Of a stretch of 64,000 nucleotides of DNA, positions 48,601 through 58,545 are shown piece after piece. The stretch is from the sequence record NC_023719.1; one strand, written 5' to 3'. Position 1 is the first letter of the stretch; every line of letters starts with the position of its first letter. The position numbers and the translations under genes are program-made. The notes beneath the pieces were generated by a model that ran no database searches, was not told where the DNA came from, and saw only the letters and a list, made by a program, of their open reading frames with translations.

Positions 48601-49905
48601 ATGTACATTAAACAAGGAAACATAAAAATATCAGATAATTTAAATAAAATCCCTATAGAAGATCTTAAAGTTGGAGATCAAGTACTTATTTTAAAGAAAG
48701 AAAAAAGAAAAATTGATTATGGCGAAAGAGAGAAAGATATTGTTGAAAACAAAGTCTTACTAAAAAATGAAGATCATTTGTACTACTTTGAAACCGTTGA
48801 TACTTATGTTGATGGTGATTCAGGTGTTGAATCAGACGTTGAATTACAAATAGATCGAATAAGCCAAGATGTATACCTTGAGTTAAACAATTGTTTAAAT
48901 TATTTAGGGGAAATCCAAAGATATTCTAACATTACAAAAGAAATAATAGAAAACGAATTTGAAAAAGAAATATTTAGATTGATCTTTAGAGAAAAAAGTC
49001 ATACTAGCCCTATAGTATTAGACAATAAAAAACTAGAACAATGTCATTTCTTACCATTTAAAATATCTAACAACAGTTATTTGATCTTTACTTTTACTCA
49101 TATGATAGATATTGAATCTAAAGAATGGAAAGTATATGAAAGAGTTTCTATTTTTAATTCAGATATGACAAGGTATAGTTTGAGTAATTTTAAAGAAGGA
49201 AACATAATGACAATGTTAAAAGAATCTGGTCTGTTTTCAATTTCTTCTTTTGAAAAACTTAAGAAAATGAAATCTGTTGCAAGATATGATATTATAATTT
49301 ATTTAGATAACATAAGAAGTGGTAATTTAAAAAATATTGAAAGTATATTAAGTGAAATTCAAGGTTACTCTAATTCTAGACTAGAAAAATTATTTGATCC
49401 GATTTTTATAGATGAAGAGAAAAACTTGTATTTTTATCCCGCATCATTAAAAGATAGAAGAATATTTGATCTAAAAGTGGTAGCTAAAAAAGGTGAAGGG
49501 GAAAACTCAAAATTGTTAATAGAACGTTGCTATCGTGAAGATTCGACATTTAAAATAAAAAATAGAATTGCAGAGTCTATTTTAGCGTTTGGGTTTGGTA
49601 AAAAGAGGAATGGAATAAATCCTCACAATGGTTATCATTATAGAGAAGGAGAAATAATAGAAAATAGTGATATGGTGAAACTATATGAAGATCAAGATGG
49701 CGTAATCTATAAAACAAAAGGTCCCTTGTTTGACAGAGGAGAGGTTTATATTAAACTTGATGGCTACTATGTTCAAGCTAATAACAAAATAGACCAAGAG
49801 ATATTAGAAAGAATGAAAACAAGCGTTGATGTGGCATATGAGTTAACTGAAGATAACGATTTATTAGACGCTCGTAGAATTCTGTTCAATATGAAATCAA
49901 TATAG
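48601..49905 (+). CDS. Hypothetical protein
   Basis: 434-aa ORF, RBS GGAGG, with its own promoter and terminator. Confidence 0.75.
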   Translation: MYIKQGNIKISDNLNKIPIEDLKVGDQVLILKKEKRKIDYGEREKDIVENKVLLKNEDHLYYFETVDTYVDGDSGVESDVELQIDRISQDVYLELNNCLNYLGEIQRYSNITKEIIENEFEKEIFRLIFREKSHTSPIVLDNKKLEQCHFLPFKISNNSYLIFTFTHMIDIESKEWKVYERVSIFNSDMTRYSLSNFKEGNIMTMLKESGLFSISSFEKLKKMKSVARYDIIIYLDNIRSGNLKNIESILSEIQGYSNSRLEKLFDPIFIDEEKNLYFYPASLKDRRIFDLKVVAKKGEGENSKLLIERCYREDSTFKIKNRIAESILAFGFGKKRNGINPHNGYHYREGEIIENSDMVKLYEDQDGVIYKTKGPLFDRGEVYIKLDGYYVQANNKIDQEILERMKTSVDVAYELTEDNDLLDARRILFNMKSI

Positions 49906-49906
49906 T

Positions 49907-49935
49907 AAAAAGAAGGGTTTAACCCTTCTTTTTTT
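49907..49935 (+). terminator. Intrinsic terminator
   Basis: AAAAAGAAGGG-TTTAA-CCCTTCTTTTT. Confidence 0.8.
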
Positions 49936-50298
49936 ATTGTCTAAAATTGAAAAAACTAAACTCTGAAGCTATTTTTTTATTATTTCATTAATAAACATAA
50001 AAACCTATATAAAAGTCCATCTAGTTAAAACTGAATCACTATTTAATTATCTTTTCATATTGATTTCTGAACTAAATTCTGTTAATTATACAAATAAAGA
50101 AATAACAGCGCGCACTGCGCTGATCTTATATATCTTTTTTATTTTTTATATTTATTATTTAATATAATTAATTATATTTATAGCTGCACTCTGTGAATCA
50201 AACTGCATTATTTGAATCATACAAAAATCATAAAATTGTTAATCGAATGCACTCTTTTAATAATAATTATTCTAAAGAAGAATGAAGGCGGGGGAGAA

Positions 50299-51060
50299 AT
50301 GGAAAATAGTAAAAACGTAAAGAAAAAGCTGTTCATAGATGGTGAAGAGGTAATAGTAACTTTCTATAATGATCCCTCTGATAAACAAATATCTTTGTTT
50401 TTAGATGAAGTTGATTCTATTTACGATGCAACTAAAGATCTGGATACGCCAAAAGATTTACCGGACATAGAAGTCCTACAACAATTTTTGCACGCGATAT
50501 TAGTTATTAAATACTTCACTGATTATAAAGTTGAAGCTGAAACCGTTGAAGAATTTATTGAGCAAGGTAAAGTTTTTATAGAAAAAAGGATTTTAAAAGA
50601 ATTTTCAGATAACTTCGATATAGGACTTATAGAATATATAAATAAGATAGTGGTGACATATTTTATTTTAGTTTACGGCGATGTACCAAAATATTTGCAT
50701 TCATCTCGTGGGAATAAAGAGGCTATTAAAGATCTTAAAAAAGAAGTTGAAAAACTAAAACAATTAGAGAGTGGGAACAATGCAATAAAGAAAATAGAGT
50801 TAAAATTAGATAACCCTATAGAACATGTAAATATTGAAATAAAGCTTACAAGTGAAAAACCGGAAATTAAAAAATTGGGTTATAACGAAAAGTTATCAAC
50901 TGATAGTTTGTTAGATGAATACAATGACAATAAAATGTTACATGAATTATTTGGAGATGAAAAATACATTTATAGAGCGAATCATATATTGAGAGTGTTA
51001 AAAGGAGAAGAAACTTATGACGAAACCTGGATTTACGATAAAAGTGATTGGGACTGGTAG
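50299..51060 (+). CDS. Hypothetical protein
   Basis: RBS GGGGAG before ATG50299. Confidence 0.7.
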   Translation: MENSKNVKKKLFIDGEEVIVTFYNDPSDKQISLFLDEVDSIYDATKDLDTPKDLPDIEVLQQFLHAILVIKYFTDYKVEAETVEEFIEQGKVFIEKRILKEFSDNFDIGLIEYINKIVVTYFILVYGDVPKYLHSSRGNKEAIKDLKKEVEKLKQLESGNNAIKKIELKLDNPIEHVNIEIKLTSEKPEIKKLGYNEKLSTDSLLDEYNDNKMLHELFGDEKYIYRANHILRVLKGEETYDETWIYDKSDWDW

Positions 51061-51772
51061 TGCCTTTACAAAAACTCAATGTCACACTAGTGTTTTAATT
51101 GGAGTAGATAATAAGAAGTATTTACTTGATTGTGGTTTTAAAGTTCCACAAACTTTACACGATATGGGAATAAAAATGGCTGACATTGATGGTATCATTA
51201 TTTCACATGTGCATGCGGATCATACTGGTGGATTAGAAGAATTTGGTTTTATGGGATTATATGTTTTAAATAAAAAGTTTGATTTATTCTTGGCTAATGA
51301 TGTAGTTAAAGAGTTATGGGATAAAACATTAGCTGGTGGTATGGAACAATTAAGTGATGGAATAGGAAAATTAGACACTTTCTTTAATGTTAATGCGTTT
51401 GATGATTTAAAAGAGTTTAATATCAATGGGCTTAAAGTTTTACCAATTAAAACAAAACATGTGGGGGATGAAAAACCGAGTTATTCATTTGTTATTGATG
51501 ATAGAGTATTTTACTCTGCTGATATGGTATTTAATAGACAATTAGTAGAAACATTAAATAATGAAAACATCGAAGTATTTTTCCACGATTGTCAGTTATT
51601 TACTCAAGAAAATGGCGTCCATGCTTCTTTAGAAGAGTTATCTACACTCCCTGAAGAAATCAGAAGAAAGATTCAAGCTTTACATTATGGAGATAATTAT
51701 TCAGATTTTGAAGATAAATTTAAAGAATACAAGATAACAAGAGTAAAACAAGGCGACGTATATACGTTCTAG
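51017..51772 (+). CDS. apyc1: MBL-fold metallohydrolase resembling the anti-Pycsar cNMP phosphodiesterase Apyc1
   Basis: IGTGSAF, LDCG, SHVHADH.GGLEE, H, YSAD, HDCQ, VHASLEEL..LP, HYGD. Confidence 0.7.
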   Translation: MTKPGFTIKVIGTGSAFTKTQCHTSVLIGVDNKKYLLDCGFKVPQTLHDMGIKMADIDGIIISHVHADHTGGLEEFGFMGLYVLNKKFDLFLANDVVKELWDKTLAGGMEQLSDGIGKLDTFFNVNAFDDLKEFNINGLKVLPIKTKHVGDEKPSYSFVIDDRVFYSADMVFNRQLVETLNNENIEVFFHDCQLFTQENGVHASLEELSTLPEEIRRKIQALHYGDNYSDFEDKFKEYKITRVKQGDVYTF

Positions 51773-51787
51773 TTAGGAGAGTTTTAA

Positions 51788-52420
51788 ATGAGTGATACAG
51801 TTGAAGAATTGTATGGATTAAAAGTTGGTGATAGAGTAAAATACGTTGAAAACGATATAAAAGTATTTGGTGAAACTTACTTTAATAAAGAGGGTGTATT
51901 AACTAACATTATCCCTCAAACTGGAGAATTCAGAGTTCGAATAGATGGAAGACATTTTGATGTTTCATTTCAACGTTATTCTTTAATTTTGCTAGACGAT
52001 TCAGATAGAAAAGAGATTAAATTTGAAAAACAATTATTAGAAGTAAACTCATTATCTTTAGGGGAAATGAAGAATTACTTAAGAATGCATCACGATTTAA
52101 AAGAAGGCGTTGATTACTCTATCTCAGAAAGAGATGGAAAAAATGAAGTTATATTAAAAAATGAAAAATACGCTCTTTTGTTAAAAGATTTAGTGAGCGT
52201 AGAAAATGTTTCAAGAGAATTAACTGGCAAGAGCAACGGAAAATTCAAATCTACAATAATGCCATCTATTTCTCAAAACCAAGCGTATTCTTTATCTTTT
52301 AAGGTTGCTAATTGGGAATTTGGAACTCATTTAACTCCTTGGGGAATTCAATACTTTGTATTATCTCATTATGGATTTAACCCATATAAAGAAATATTCG
52401 GTTACGAAGAGGGGCTCTAG
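51788..52420 (+). CDS. Hypothetical protein
   Basis: RBS AGGAG; N-terminus LKVGDRVKY resembles an SH3-like fold. Confidence 0.7.
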   Translation: MSDTVEELYGLKVGDRVKYVENDIKVFGETYFNKEGVLTNIIPQTGEFRVRIDGRHFDVSFQRYSLILLDDSDRKEIKFEKQLLEVNSLSLGEMKNYLRMHHDLKEGVDYSISERDGKNEVILKNEKYALLLKDLVSVENVSRELTGKSNGKFKSTIMPSISQNQAYSLSFKVANWEFGTHLTPWGIQYFVLSHYGFNPYKEIFGYEEGL

Positions 52421-52421
52421 T

Positions 52422-53084
52422 ATGTTTAAAGATAGTATGTATAAAAACATTAGTATTATTAGAAATATTGAATATGAGAGACATGAAGTTGAAAGAATTC
52501 CTATGCATTTAACAGTTAGTGATTATCATAGTATCGATGTAAGTAACATGTTAGATGGAAATCTTTATATGCTTTACGGTGTAAAAGATTTTTCTAGAAA
52601 TGGCATAGTAATTCCACGTTTTGAGAAAATAAAAGTAAATAAAGAAAAAATTGAAAAAAAAGAAGATCAATTTAGAAATCACTATTTAGGTATACCGTTT
52701 GGTTATGAAGGAGATTATTTCTATAGAAATTCAACCTTTAAGAAATTTTTGCTTAACCCGTATTTTTTAACTATTCAAAGTGTTTTAAGTGATGATTTCT
52801 ATTTTAGAAGATTAGATCAAGTAAATGAAAGTGAAATTGATTTAATCGCTAGAAACACAATACACAATATGGAGAAACAAATGATGGATTTTCTTAACTC
52901 TAAAATAAGTGATAATGAACATAAGTTGAAAATAGTTTTTTTAGAAATGCAAAGAGAAGAAAATGGTCGCATTTGTGAATATAGAGTTGCAGTTGATCAT
53001 TATTACCCTCAACATTATGTAAGTAAAACTTTTTGTTTATATGCTTATTTAACTAATGAACAAATTAAAAGCTTACCGTATTAG
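52422..53084 (+). CDS. Hypothetical protein
   Basis: Start ATG52422 after GAGGGG. Confidence 0.7.
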   Translation: MFKDSMYKNISIIRNIEYERHEVERIPMHLTVSDYHSIDVSNMLDGNLYMLYGVKDFSRNGIVIPRFEKIKVNKEKIEKKEDQFRNHYLGIPFGYEGDYFYRNSTFKKFLLNPYFLTIQSVLSDDFYFRRLDQVNESEIDLIARNTIHNMEKQMMDFLNSKISDNEHKLKIVFLEMQREENGRICEYRVAVDHYYPQHYVSKTFCLYAYLTNEQIKSLPY

Positions 53085-53091
53085 TAAGCTT

Positions 53092-53544
53092 TTAATGTTC
53101 AATATCTCTATTGATTTCAAAATTGCCAGCTTCAACCAAAAAATATATCGAGTCCTTATTAACAACAATCTCTTTCCTCTCAATGCTAAAATCAGATATT
53201 TGATGAGCTTTAAAATCTCTTAAAACTGCTTTTAAAAATTCTTCGAAATTTTCATTTTCATTTAAGTCATCTTTAAGAAACTCAATATCTTCATCGTTAA
53301 ATTTTCCATATTTTTCTTCAATTATAGAAAGCTTTAAATTACCTTCGCAGTTCAAATAAACTTCTCCAGGGTCATCAGGGATATAATAGCTATTGCTTTT
53401 ATACCCTGGTATATAACTCGAATCACCCTGAATCCTTATTTTTTCGATAATATATTCTATTATTTCATCTTTGAAAATGAATTCTTTGGTTTCTACAGTA
53501 CCCCGTTTATAGAAATTTAGATTATAATATTCCTCATTTTTCAA
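53092..53544 (-). CDS. Hypothetical protein (probably early)
   Basis: RBS GGAGG and consensus promoter upstream. Confidence 0.7.
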   Translation of the reverse strand: MKNEEYYNLNFYKRGTVETKEFIFKDEIIEYIIEKIRIQGDSSYIPGYKSNSYYIPDDPGEVYLNCEGNLKLSIIEEKYGKFNDEDIEFLKDDLNENENFEEFLKAVLRDFKAHQISDFSIERKEIVVNKDSIYFLVEAGNFEINRDIEH

Positions 53545-53566
53545 TTTTCATCCTCCTTATATATAT

Positions 53567-53595
53567 ATTATATAATAAAAGAGTTTTATTGTAAA
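53567..53595 (-). promoter_or_regulatory. sigmaA-type (early) promoter
   Basis: Minus strand TTTACA-17 nt-TATAAT-ATATATATAA. Confidence 0.75.
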
Positions 53596-53672
53596 TAAAA
53601 TTTATCTTATAAATAAAATAATATTAACTTTTACATATAATTCAATTATATTATTAAAGAATGGAGAATAAT

Positions 53673-54308
53673 ATGAAAACTTACACAGTGCTAGACTTTG
53701 AAACTACAGGCCTAGATCCTAAAGAAGAAAGAATTACTCAAATTGGTGCAATCAAAATTACAATTGAAGGAAACGTTTTCTTGCCTACAAGTAATGTTTC
53801 TAGTGTAACATCTTTTGAAACATTAGTAAATCCAGAAAAGCAGATACCTGAAATTATTACAGAATTAACAGGTATTGATAATGAAAAAGTTAAAAATTCG
53901 CCTACTGAATCAGAAGCAATCTTAAAATTAGTTGAATTTTTAGGTGAAGATTCAATTATTGTAGCGCAAAACGCTCCATTTGATTTAGGGTTTTTACATC
54001 ATGCAACATTAAGAGCTGGTGAAGTACCTAATGTATACAATTTCTATTGTACAAGAACAATGTCGGCGGTTTTTTATCCAAGTATTTCACATCGTTTAGT
54101 TGATATGTGTACTTTCTTTGATATTAATTTAACAAATGCCCATGATGCTTCTAACGATGCGAAAGCAACTCTTGAATTATTTTCCAAACTTAGCTCAATT
54201 GCTAATAGTCATAGTGTTAATTTTTTAAATAAACTAGTACATCATCCAGATCGTAAAATGAACTTTGAACCAACTAATAAAATAATTATTCCTTTGCAAA
54301 AGAGGTAG
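53673..54308 (+). CDS. DEDDh 3'-5' exonuclease (Pol III epsilon-like)
   Basis: VLDFETTGL, AQNAPFD, HDASNDA. Confidence 0.9.
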   Translation: MKTYTVLDFETTGLDPKEERITQIGAIKITIEGNVFLPTSNVSSVTSFETLVNPEKQIPEIITELTGIDNEKVKNSPTESEAILKLVEFLGEDSIIVAQNAPFDLGFLHHATLRAGEVPNVYNFYCTRTMSAVFYPSISHRLVDMCTFFDINLTNAHDASNDAKATLELFSKLSSIANSHSVNFLNKLVHHPDRKMNFEPTNKIIIPLQKR

Positions 54309-54311
54309 AAT

Positions 54312-54497
54312 ATGACATTAGAAAAACAAGTTATTGGTGAATTGCTAAATGATTTAGAAGGCAGTAGAAATAAGTATGAAGATTATTGGTACTCTTGGGA
54401 AACATTTGGTGGCACTAAATACGAAGGAGTGTTGTTAGAAATCGATAATAATACTCGTATTGTTGCATGTACCGATGGAGTAGTAAGAGCAGTATAG
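54312..54497 (+). CDS. Small hypothetical protein
   Basis: RBS GAGGT. Confidence 0.6.
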   Translation: MTLEKQVIGELLNDLEGSRNKYEDYWYSWETFGGTKYEGVLLEIDNNTRIVACTDGVVRAV

Positions 54498-54515
54498 AAA
54501 GTAGAGGTGGAGTAA

Positions 54516-54767
54516 ATGATTAATAATTTAATAAAGCTATACATCTATGAATCATTTACTCTAGTATCTTTTATTACACTAGCTGTGATTGCTAGTGTAC
54601 TAGAATTAAAACTTGTAATAAGTTTGATTAGTATTTTCACAATGCTAATTTTCGTAGTTTGGTTTTTTACATCTAGATTGATATTACGTTTATTAGTCGA
54701 AGGTGTTTTAGATGAAGAAGATGGGAGTAAGATAAAAGATGAACGAAACAATCAAAAAAATAAATAG
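54516..54767 (+). CDS. Small membrane protein
   Basis: Two hydrophobic segments; RBS GAGGTGGAG. Confidence 0.6.
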   Translation: MINNLIKLYIYESFTLVSFITLAVIASVLELKLVISLISIFTMLIFVVWFFTSRLILRLLVEGVLDEEDGSKIKDERNNQKNK

Positions 54768-55026
54768 CTTATTGAAGGTGTTCAATGATACATTTGAAAT
54801 AGAAGCTAAATTAGTTGAAGAAGGCGGAGAACAAGTGGCCGCTGGCGTTAAGATTAATGGATTAAAGAATGATGGTACTCATTTTATTAATGATTTCCAT
54901 TCAACATTCAATTCTATTGTACAAAGTTTATCAGACGAACATGAAGTTATTTATCATGAAGAAAAAGGATTAGCGGTAGCTCGCAAAGTTGTTAAAACTG
55001 AGTATGTTATTGAAGAAGAAGATTAA
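54739..55026 (+). CDS. Hypothetical protein
   Basis: Packed in the operon. Confidence 0.6.
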   Translation: MNETIKKINSLLKVFNDTFEIEAKLVEEGGEQVAAGVKINGLKNDGTHFINDFHSTFNSIVQSLSDEHEVIYHEEKGLAVARKVVKTEYVIEEED

Positions 55027-55038
55027 GGAGTGGATATA

Positions 55039-55269
55039 ATGAAGAAGAAAGTTACTATTGAAGCTGAAATGGAAGAGCGTTGGATTCCTCATTTCTTATC
55101 TATGTTAAAACATATGGAGAAACTAGGGGATTTAGGGATGAGTAGAGCTGTTTGCATTTTTGCTGATGGTGATGCTGATTTTAAACCCAAATTCGAATTC
55201 AGTGAAGATTTTGAATTACAAGAACCAGCGCAAGATGATGGTAATAAAGCAATTTTTGATGCTGGTTGA
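55039..55269 (+). CDS. Hypothetical protein
   Basis: RBS AAGGAG. Confidence 0.65.
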   Translation: MKKKVTIEAEMEERWIPHFLSMLKHMEKLGDLGMSRAVCIFADGDADFKPKFEFSEDFELQEPAQDDGNKAIFDAG

Positions 55270-55283
55270 CAAGGAGATACGAG

Positions 55284-55574
55284 ATGATTACAGCGAAACA
55301 AGCATTTGAAATATCAGGCAATAGTAGAGATAAATTTGAATTTTTGAAAACTCATACTGATGTAGCTATAATGAGAGCAGCTAAAAAAGGTGATTTTGAT
55401 TGTATCATTCAGGTTAATGACGAAGAACATGAAATTATTGAAAAACTTATTCATTTTTTAAGAAATAAACCTTATGATTTTATCGTAACTCCAAGATATC
55501 AGAATGCTTCAGATAAAAAACCAAAATCATTACGTATTAGATGGGACGGAAGTATAAAGCGCGACACTAATTAA
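55284..55574 (+). CDS. Hypothetical protein
   Basis: RBS AAGGAG before ATG55284. Confidence 0.65.
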   Translation: MITAKQAFEISGNSRDKFEFLKTHTDVAIMRAAKKGDFDCIIQVNDEEHEIIEKLIHFLRNKPYDFIVTPRYQNASDKKPKSLRIRWDGSIKRDTN

Positions 55575-55593
55575 AAATAAAGGAGATAATTTT

Positions 55594-55773
55594 ATGAGAG
55601 TTAAAATTGGAGATAAAATATACGATAGCGAAAAAGAACCAATCATGCTTATTTTGGAACCCTATGATAAAGAATGTATTTCTTCTATGCATCAAGATGC
55701 TACTAAATATTGTACATTCCCAGATGGATATACGGAAGAACAAGTTTTAAAGTTTATGGAGGAAGATAAATGA
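55594..55773 (+). CDS. 59-aa hypothetical protein absent from the ORF track (MRVKIGDKIYDSEKEPIMLIL...)
   Basis: RBS AAGGAG; stop overlaps the next start (ATGA). Confidence 0.7.
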   Translation: MRVKIGDKIYDSEKEPIMLILEPYDKECISSMHQDATKYCTFPDGYTEEQVLKFMEEDK

Positions 55774-56072
55774 CACCTCGATTATACGTATCACCTGGAG
55801 ATTTGTTAAAACATTATAAAGGTGGACAATATGTTGTCTTAGCAGTATGTCATAATGAAGCAAATCAAAATGAAATGTTAGTTTCTTACTTGAGTTTAAG
55901 TGATGGAAAACCATGGGTTAGAGAATTAAGTCAATTTAATGAAATGATTATACCTGAAGATACTGAAAAGTATGGTCCAGATCCAGTTATTCGATTTGAA
56001 GTAGTTGGTAAAACTAAAGTTTTAGTAAACGCTGGAGCTCCGTATGGAGAATTTGCAGTTTTAGGTTCATAA
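55770..56072 (+). CDS. DUF1653-like protein
   Basis: HYKGGQY.V...H.E...LV.Y.....G..WVR....F..RF. Confidence 0.75.
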   Translation: MTPRLYVSPGDLLKHYKGGQYVVLAVCHNEANQNEMLVSYLSLSDGKPWVRELSQFNEMIIPEDTEKYGPDPVIRFEVVGKTKVLVNAGAPYGEFAVLGS

Positions 56073-56112
56073 AAATAAAAGCTACTAGAAATAATCTAGT
56101 AGCTTTTATTTT
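56072..56112. terminator. Bidirectional terminator
   Basis: AAAATAAAAGCTACTAGA / TCTAGTAGCTTTTATTTT. Confidence 0.8.
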
Positions 56113-57482
56113 TATATAACTCTAATATTCCACAAAGGTTCTGTTTCATATAGAGCTTTTCTAGTTAAAGAATGTTTCTTGAATGTTTTTGTTTCATCTA
56201 AGATATCAAAAACTAGAGCATCTTTTTTACCTTCATATAATCTTAAAACTCGGCCAACTCTTTGAAATGCTCTGGTTGAAACTTTACCAGAACCAGCTAG
56301 AATTAGAGCATCTAGACGAGGAATATCTAATCCTTCATCTGCTATAGTACTTCCAATTAGAATTTTAGTAAAACCATCTCTAACTGATTGTAACACTAGA
56401 GTTCTCCTTTCAGTATCATCCCTACCACTTAAGAATTCAACTTCACTAATCTCTATCCCATTGATAGTTTTCTTTTTAGGAGCTTGCAGCAAATTTATCT
56501 TTTTAACTAGTGTATCACCATGTGCGATTTTACTAACTAGTATTAAAGTCGTTCTACCTTTTTTATAAGTAAGGTTGTAAGCTAACTTACTTATCATGTT
56601 ATTGCGATTTTCATTATGGGATATAGCTCTTTTATAAATTTCATGATAACTACCACCCCACTCGTGAACTTCTTTAAAAGGCAAAAACACGATGTTACAA
56701 GGAGTTAGTTTACCTTTTGCTATTAATTTAGACGCATTGATACTTAGATGCGGTTTGCGAATAGAAATAGCAGCTTCTATCATTAAGTCATCTCCACCAT
56801 CTCTCCAAGGAGTAGCAGAAACGCCGAATTTATAAAATGCGTTACCAGCTTTTACTGCAGTTTTGAAAATATTAGCTGCTGGTAAATTGTGACACTCATC
56901 GTAATAAATACCTTTACATTCTTTAAGTAATTCTTCTGGAGCAGACATTGGGGTACAAATAGTGATATCTTGTATGTCATAATGACCACCACCAACTATT
57001 CCGATTTTATGTCCAGAGAATTTTTCAAATTCGTCTTTTATTTGTTCCGCTAAACTAACTTTTGGAGCAATTACAACTACTGGTTTAACTCCATATTTGC
57101 GAATTAAGCTATACATAATAAATGTTTTACCAGCACCAGTAGCTGCTTGAATTAACTCTCTAGAAGTAGAACGATTAACAATTTCTTCTTGATAATCTCT
57201 TAATTCAAAAGGAGGTAATAGATTAAATGTTGCATTACTCTCTGGTTGTATGCGACTATCTTTAATTGTATATTTTAATTTAAGTTTATGTAATATTTTT
57301 ACAACATGAGGAACTAATCCTGTGTAAGTTGTGTGATTTACGTGGTCAAACATTACTTTGGTTTCAGTTGGAACTCCAAAACCTCCAGTTTTAAAAGATA
57401 ACTTTATAGCTAATGAGTTTGCAATTTGTTGTGGTAAATTGTAACATTTTGCTTCTGTATTATCCATGTGTATTTCAATCAT
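56112..57482 (-). CDS. Superfamily 2 helicase (UvsW/XPB-like)
   Basis: LRDYQ, ATGAGKT, DECH, SATP, EGLDIP, QRVGRVLR. Confidence 0.9.
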   Translation of the reverse strand: MIEIHMDNTEAKCYNLPQQIANSLAIKLSFKTGGFGVPTETKVMFDHVNHTTYTGLVPHVVKILHKLKLKYTIKDSRIQPESNATFNLLPPFELRDYQEEIVNRSTSRELIQAATGAGKTFIMYSLIRKYGVKPVVVIAPKVSLAEQIKDEFEKFSGHKIGIVGGGHYDIQDITICTPMSAPEELLKECKGIYYDECHNLPAANIFKTAVKAGNAFYKFGVSATPWRDGGDDLMIEAAISIRKPHLSINASKLIAKGKLTPCNIVFLPFKEVHEWGGSYHEIYKRAISHNENRNNMISKLAYNLTYKKGRTTLILVSKIAHGDTLVKKINLLQAPKKKTINGIEISEVEFLSGRDDTERRTLVLQSVRDGFTKILIGSTIADEGLDIPRLDALILAGSGKVSTRAFQRVGRVLRLYEGKKDALVFDILDETKTFKKHSLTRKALYETEPLWNIRVI

Positions 57483-57511
57483 TTATATCACCGTCCTTAC
57501 CTTATATATAT

Positions 57512-57540
57512 ATTATATCATAGAATTGGTAATTTGTAAA
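57512..57540 (-). promoter_or_regulatory. sigmaA-type (early) promoter
   Basis: Minus strand TTTACA-17 nt-TATAAT-ATATATATAA. Confidence 0.75.
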
Positions 57541-57570
57541 CAGTTTTTAATTTTATGCAAAAAAAAGCAA

Positions 57571-57852
57571 CTAGTTTTCAACTAATTGCTCCATAACTTT
57601 TTTAGATTCTTCAGATAAATGATACCCTCTCCATATTGTATAGAGATATGGAATATTGATTAAAATATATATTGCTAAGAAGAATTTGTTTTCATAGATG
57701 ATATCGAATATCCCTAAAACAATAAATAACGTACCGGCGATTCTTGTTGACTTAATCACTACTTTAAAGAAAAAATCCGGTCGCTTCTTATTCAATCTCA
57801 TGCAAATAATTCCCATTATGATGTTTAATACCCCACTTATTATAAATAACAT
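57571..57852 (-). CDS. Small 3-TM membrane protein (paralogue family)
   Basis: Three hydrophobic segments; RBS AGGAGG. Confidence 0.65.
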   Translation of the reverse strand: MLFIISGVLNIIMGIICMRLNKKRPDFFFKVVIKSTRIAGTLFIVLGIFDIIYENKFFLAIYILINIPYLYTIWRGYHLSEESKKVMEQLVEN

Positions 57853-57881
57853 TCTAAATCCTCCTATCTAGTTATATGATT

Positions 57882-57910
57882 ATTATATTACATAGATGAT
57901 TTTTTGTAAA
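57882..57910 (-). promoter_or_regulatory. sigmaA-type (early) promoter
   Basis: Minus strand TTTACA-17 nt-TATAAT. Confidence 0.7.
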
Positions 57911-57930
57911 CAAATAAAAAACATTTAGAT

Positions 57931-58206
57931 TTAATTATCTAAATGTTTTGTGACTTCTAAGGCATCTTTTGTTTCTTTATATATTTTATATATTTTTATA
58001 GCGTAAGTAATCATTAGTACAGCAAATATAAGATGGAATATGACATGTGGGTAAAAAATATTTAATATGAATAAAATGAAATTAATAATGCTTATTAATA
58101 AAACAGTACGCTTGATAGTTATTTCGTAATAATTTGAACTATTTTTTTTGAAAAGTAAATAAATTCCTAAAACAAGATATATAATTGCAATAAATAGCAT
58201 CATCAT
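57931..58206 (-). CDS. Small 3-TM membrane protein (paralogue family)
   Basis: RBS AAGGAG before ATG58206; ends LEVTKHLDN. Confidence 0.65.
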   Translation of the reverse strand: MMMLFIAIIYLVLGIYLLFKKNSSNYYEITIKRTVLLISIINFILFILNIFYPHVIFHLIFAVLMITYAIKIYKIYKETKDALEVTKHLDN

Positions 58207-58220
58207 TTTTGAGTTTCTCC

Positions 58221-58514
58221 TTATTCTTCTTTTTCTAAATGTTTCATTACTTCTAATGAAGTTAACCAATCTTTAGTCATTTTAATTGATATTGTGGCAC
58301 ATAACATAATAGTTAAAGCCATTAAAGACATCCAAAGAATATGATTATCATATACGAAGCTTAAAAATGAAATGAATAAGATGATAAATCCAGAAATTAA
58401 TAGATTGCGATGAGTTATTAGTGATATGTGGTGCAGTTTTAATTGAAGGAAATTCTTTAATAAGTATGGTGAGCCTAAGAGTATATAAGCTATTGCTACG
58501 CCTAAGTAGAGGAT
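58221..58514 (-). CDS. Small 3-TM membrane protein with apparent ATC start (or decayed start)
   Basis: Ends LEVMKHLEKEE like its neighbour; promoter at 58546-58574 excludes the track start. Confidence 0.45.
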   Translation of the reverse strand: MLYLGVAIAYILLGSPYLLKNFLQLKLHHISLITHRNLLISGFIILFISFLSFVYDNHILWMSLMALTIMLCATISIKMTKDWLTSLEVMKHLEKEE

Positions 58515-58545
58515 ACTACCACATCCTTTTGTTTTATTTAATTTT

